A stretch of 64,000 bases of DNA from positions 1 through 64,000 of IMG/VR virus record IMGVR_UViG_3300035688_000002; one strand, 5' to 3'. A model generated the notes under the pieces. That model was not told where the DNA came from. It worked only from the letters and a program-made list of their open reading frames with translations, and did not search any database. The DNA comes from a virus. The translations under genes and the position numbers were made by a program. Shown in pieces: positions 62,643-64,000 of this stretch (within the stretch, counting starts at the first letter, position 1; each line of letters begins with the position of its first letter).

Positions 62643-62734
62643 TGGGGCGGGCGCAGGACTCAAACCTGCTTCGAGGTTCACTTAGCCATGAGCGCTTAGC
62701 CTCAGCGCTTGATTCTCACAGCGCACCACCCGCC
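62643..62734 (-). ncRNA. tRNA-like RNA with non-canonical core
   Basis: Acceptor-like GGCGGGT/GCCCGCC followed by CCA; T-arm GCAGG-TTTGAGT-CCTGC; no recognisable canonical D or anticodon arm. Confidence 0.55.
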
Positions 62735-62748
62735 ATTATTCATTTGTT

Positions 62749-63210
62749 TCATCCCAATTCCTCGTTATTTTTCTTGGAAGTTAAGAGCTTCCCTTCCACA
62801 TATTTCTGATAGAGCGTCCGTCGCCCATCATACAAATAGCCAAAGAATATCTGGAGAGGAACGCCCTGCCCCGAAGCGACAAGACTCAATTGAGAATGAA
62901 TCCAATCCTTGAGAATTCTCCAAGCAACCCTATAAGCCCGCTCATCTCTGTTTTTCATTGAATCCCGCCCATGATAATCCTGCTTGCCAGAATATAAAAC
63001 GGTCTGCACTCCACCGGCATTAGCTGGGAGCTTGAACCCTTTGTCTTCGAGCGTAAAAGCCAGCGACCACACCCTGCCATCAGAACCATACTCTTTCATA
63101 ATCGCCTGAGCGCCAAAAGAAGCCAGAATCGTCTCTATTTCAGCTATGGAACGCTCCGCAGAGATGTCAGTCGTATAGTTTTTCATTTTGAACTTTGATT
63201 TTACAGGCAT
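62749..63210 (-). CDS. hypothetical phage protein
   Basis: YTT.I...RS..EI...L...GA, A.RVAWRI.KDW; AGGAG RBS. Confidence 0.7.
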   Translation of the reverse strand: MPVKSKFKMKNYTTDISAERSIAEIETILASFGAQAIMKEYGSDGRVWSLAFTLEDKGFKLPANAGGVQTVLYSGKQDYHGRDSMKNRDERAYRVAWRILKDWIHSQLSLVASGQGVPLQIFFGYLYDGRRTLYQKYVEGKLLTSKKNNEELG

Positions 63211-63218
63211 TGAAGCTC

Positions 63219-63908
63219 CTATTTTGTCAGTGAGAAAATGACAAAGGCAATACCGGCCCCGCCTCCCACTTTCAAGATTGTGTCAAAGAATCCTGGTTTC
63301 TTAATCTTTTCTACTGTCTTTCTGTATTCCCTAAAAGAGTCTTCAAGAGACACATATTTTATATCCTTTTCTTTCAGCTCGCCACGAAGCTCAGCGATGG
63401 CAACTTTGTGTCCAGAGGCAGCTAATTCAAAGTCTGTTATCAGTTTCTGATACCTAGGCTCCTTCACTAGCGTAAAATTCTCTGCAATAGACAGTTTTAT
63501 TGCGTCAATCCTGAACGCTGCAAGAGAGAAAGTAGCTTCCTTCCTCTCTGCTGAATACCAGACTTCCTGGGTCTCAAGGAGTCTCCTGGTAGCAGTCACA
63601 AGCTCCTCCGGTGCTGCACTCTCTAATCTATCTTTCAGGGAGGCTATCACTTTTTCATTCTTAGCCAGCTTTTCCTTTGTCTCTTTGCTCTCCTTCAGGG
63701 CTTCATCGGCCTTTTTCTCAGCAGTAGCGGCTCTGACATCCCGTTCTTGGATAGATTTCTCGATCGTAGCTGCTACCCTATCAGAGGCTTCTACGATCCC
63801 TTTCATTTGACCCTTGAGGGCTGTGTTTGCTCCCCACTGATAGCCAATAACAATGAGAGCTATAATGATTATCAATCCAATAACCACAAAGAACTTCGTC
63901 TTATTCAT
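63219..63908 (-). CDS. membrane-anchored coiled-coil protein (spanin-like)
   Basis: N-terminal TM helix, long coiled coil, C-terminal hydrophobic segment. Confidence 0.6.
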   Translation of the reverse strand: MNKTKFFVVIGLIIIIALIVIGYQWGANTALKGQMKGIVEASDRVAATIEKSIQERDVRAATAEKKADEALKESKETKEKLAKNEKVIASLKDRLESAAPEELVTATRRLLETQEVWYSAERKEATFSLAAFRIDAIKLSIAENFTLVKEPRYQKLITDFELAASGHKVAIAELRGELKEKDIKYVSLEDSFREYRKTVEKIKKPGFFDTILKVGGGAGIAFVIFSLTK

Positions 63909-64000
63909 TTTTTGTCTTCACCCTTGTCGGGCTCCCATCCCTCACCGGTAGTGGATTCAACTTTCTGAGGTTCTGAGTCTTTACTCTCAAACTTGAAATC
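63905..64000 (-). CDS. 3' end of a CDS entering from the window edge
   Basis: Open frame ...DKGEDKK* whose TGA overlaps the next ATG. Confidence 0.45.
   Translation of the reverse strand, partial: DFKFESKDSEPQKVESTTGEGWEPDKGEDKK

Noticed and set aside
62-63968. All plus-strand ORFs in the track
   Set aside because: They are antisense shadows of well-supported minus-strand genes, with no recognisable motifs or RBS
1-64000. Prophage boundaries or stop-codon reassignment
   Set aside because: No integrase, att-like site or host genes are seen; genes are full length and densely packed under the standard code

Overview
This window is a 64-kb segment of a tailed dsDNA bacteriophage genome (Caudoviricetes). 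Essentially every credible gene lies on the minus strand, and no integrase, rRNA or host housekeeping genes are visible. In transcription order (right to left): (i) 64.0-60.8 kb: spanin-like protein, a tRNA-like RNA and a sigma-like protein; (ii) 60.8-42.6 kb: replication and recombination (primase, SF2 helicase with two inteins, palindrome-rich candidate origin, DnaB-type helicase, family-A polymerase with an N-terminal UDG domain, UvsY-like, gp32-like SSB, RecA, resolvase, SbcCD); (iii) 40.1-36.1 kb: an apparently complete phage-encoded ubiquitin-like conjugation cassette (Ubl, E2-like, small ORF, ThiF/E1, JAB protease); (iv) 34.9-24.3 kb: packaging genes (TerS-like, TerL, T4 gp20-like portal) interleaved with ParB-like, B12-type radical SAM, DUF5675 and QueD genes; (v) 23.7-12.0 kb: virion proteins, a set of head-cargo proteins that share six copies of E|GGPGSGQHHNKPGRWG (including a MuF-like polyprotein with an ADP-ribosyltransferase-fold domain and a HipA/PI-kinase-like domain), a gp21-type protease-scaffold fusion and a gp23-type major capsid protein; (vi) 11.9-0.3 kb: an 11-gene glycan-building and tailoring cluster directly downstream of the capsid gene. 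The best candidates for an undescribed system are the Ubl-E2-E1-JAB cassette, the motif-tagged protease-processed capsid cargo modules and the capsid-linked glycosylation island. All product calls come from motif recognition by eye; no database searches were run.
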